36,172 nucleotides of DNA from a virus (lineage: Duplodnaviria > Caudoviricetes). Below are positions 35,816 through 36,172 of this stretch, piece by piece. The notes under the pieces are model-generated. The model had not been told where the DNA came from and made no database searches. It saw only the letters and a list, made by a program, of their open reading frames with translations. The position numbers were made by a program, and so were the translations under genes. Location of the stretch: IMG/VR virus record IMGVR_UViG_3300020045_002064, positions 1 to 36,172 of that record; one strand, 5' to 3'. Each line of letters starts with the position of its first letter. Positions within the stretch are counted from its first letter, which is position 1.

Positions 35816-35840
35816 AAAAAAGCCACCTAGTTGGTGGCTC
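35816..35840 (-). terminator. Intrinsic terminator inside the leftward operon
   Basis: AGCCACC-AACTA-GGTGGCT followed by a T-run on the minus strand. Confidence 0.75.
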
Positions 35841-35858
35841 CGTATTGATTGAGTTAGG

Positions 35859-36059
35859 TCAGTTGGGTTGCTGCTGCTTTTTCTTGTGTTCAGAAACGAT
35901 CAGTTTTCTCGTTCCAACTGCACCACCTATTGATTTGTAGGCTTCATACTCCGCAGCATTGAGCCTGATAACTACATCACGACGTTTGCCGTTTTTGACG
36001 CGATCAGTGTTCCATGCTTGCGGGTAGTACTCAGCTTCGAAGTCGCACATTTCACCCAT
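35859..36059 (-). CDS. Small hypothetical protein
   Basis: ATG just after the ssb stop across the circular junction. Confidence 0.6.
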   Translation of the reverse strand: MGEMCDFEAEYYPQAWNTDRVKNGKRRDVVIRLNAAEYEAYKSIGGAVGTRKLIVSEHKKKQQQPN

Positions 36060-36172
36060 GATCAAAAAGGCACATCGTCCGACATATCGTCAAACCCGCT
36101 AGAGGCTTTCTGAACTGGCTTCTGTTGCTTTGGTGCTGGTGCAGCCTGTTGTTCTTTCGGTGTCACAGACAA
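36052..36172. repeat. Terminal direct repeat, copy 2
   Basis: Exact copy of 1-121. Confidence 0.95.

Larger units (their letters stand above)
1..36172. mobile_element. Complete temperate phage genome (lambdoid control region, P22-like podovirus virion module), excised circular form
   Basis: All modules present, terminal overlap, intact attP next to int. Confidence 0.92.

Noticed and set aside
1-36172. Stop-codon reassignment or alternative genetic code
   Set aside because: Standard code gives full-length, tightly coupled genes using all three stops

Overview
The window is an apparently complete, circular temperate phage genome of about 36,051 bp; positions 1-121 recur exactly at 36052-36172. 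It has a lambdoid control region: divergent cI/cro with paired 18-bp operators, an O-like initiator carrying iterons, a DnaC-like loader, ninG and ninB. The morphogenesis module is podovirus/P22-like: terS, terL, HNH, portal, scaffold, capsid, adaptor, tail fibre, tail hub and four ejection-type proteins, with no tape-measure or tail-tube gene seen. It also encodes a diderm lysis cassette (M15 endolysin, holin, embedded spanins) and a tyrosine integrase next to an attP that copies a tRNA 3' end. A long leftward early operon wraps through the origin (ERF, SSB, 3'-5' exonuclease, divergent ThyX, xis-like, HNH). The host is probably proteobacterial (inference only). Best leads: (1) a repeated TCTACC-N6-(-10-like) element heading four late gene blocks, with a winged-helix gene where Q would be; (2) a CI that appears to lack the Ser/Lys autocleavage dyad; (3) an unannotated 26-aa antisense membrane peptide at the end of the last ejection gene; (4) a highly structured PL leader with no recognisable N gene; (5) a ThyX with the RHR motif replaced. 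All family calls come from motif recognition by eye; no database searches were run. Several starts were moved from the ORF track to the more plausible ATG.
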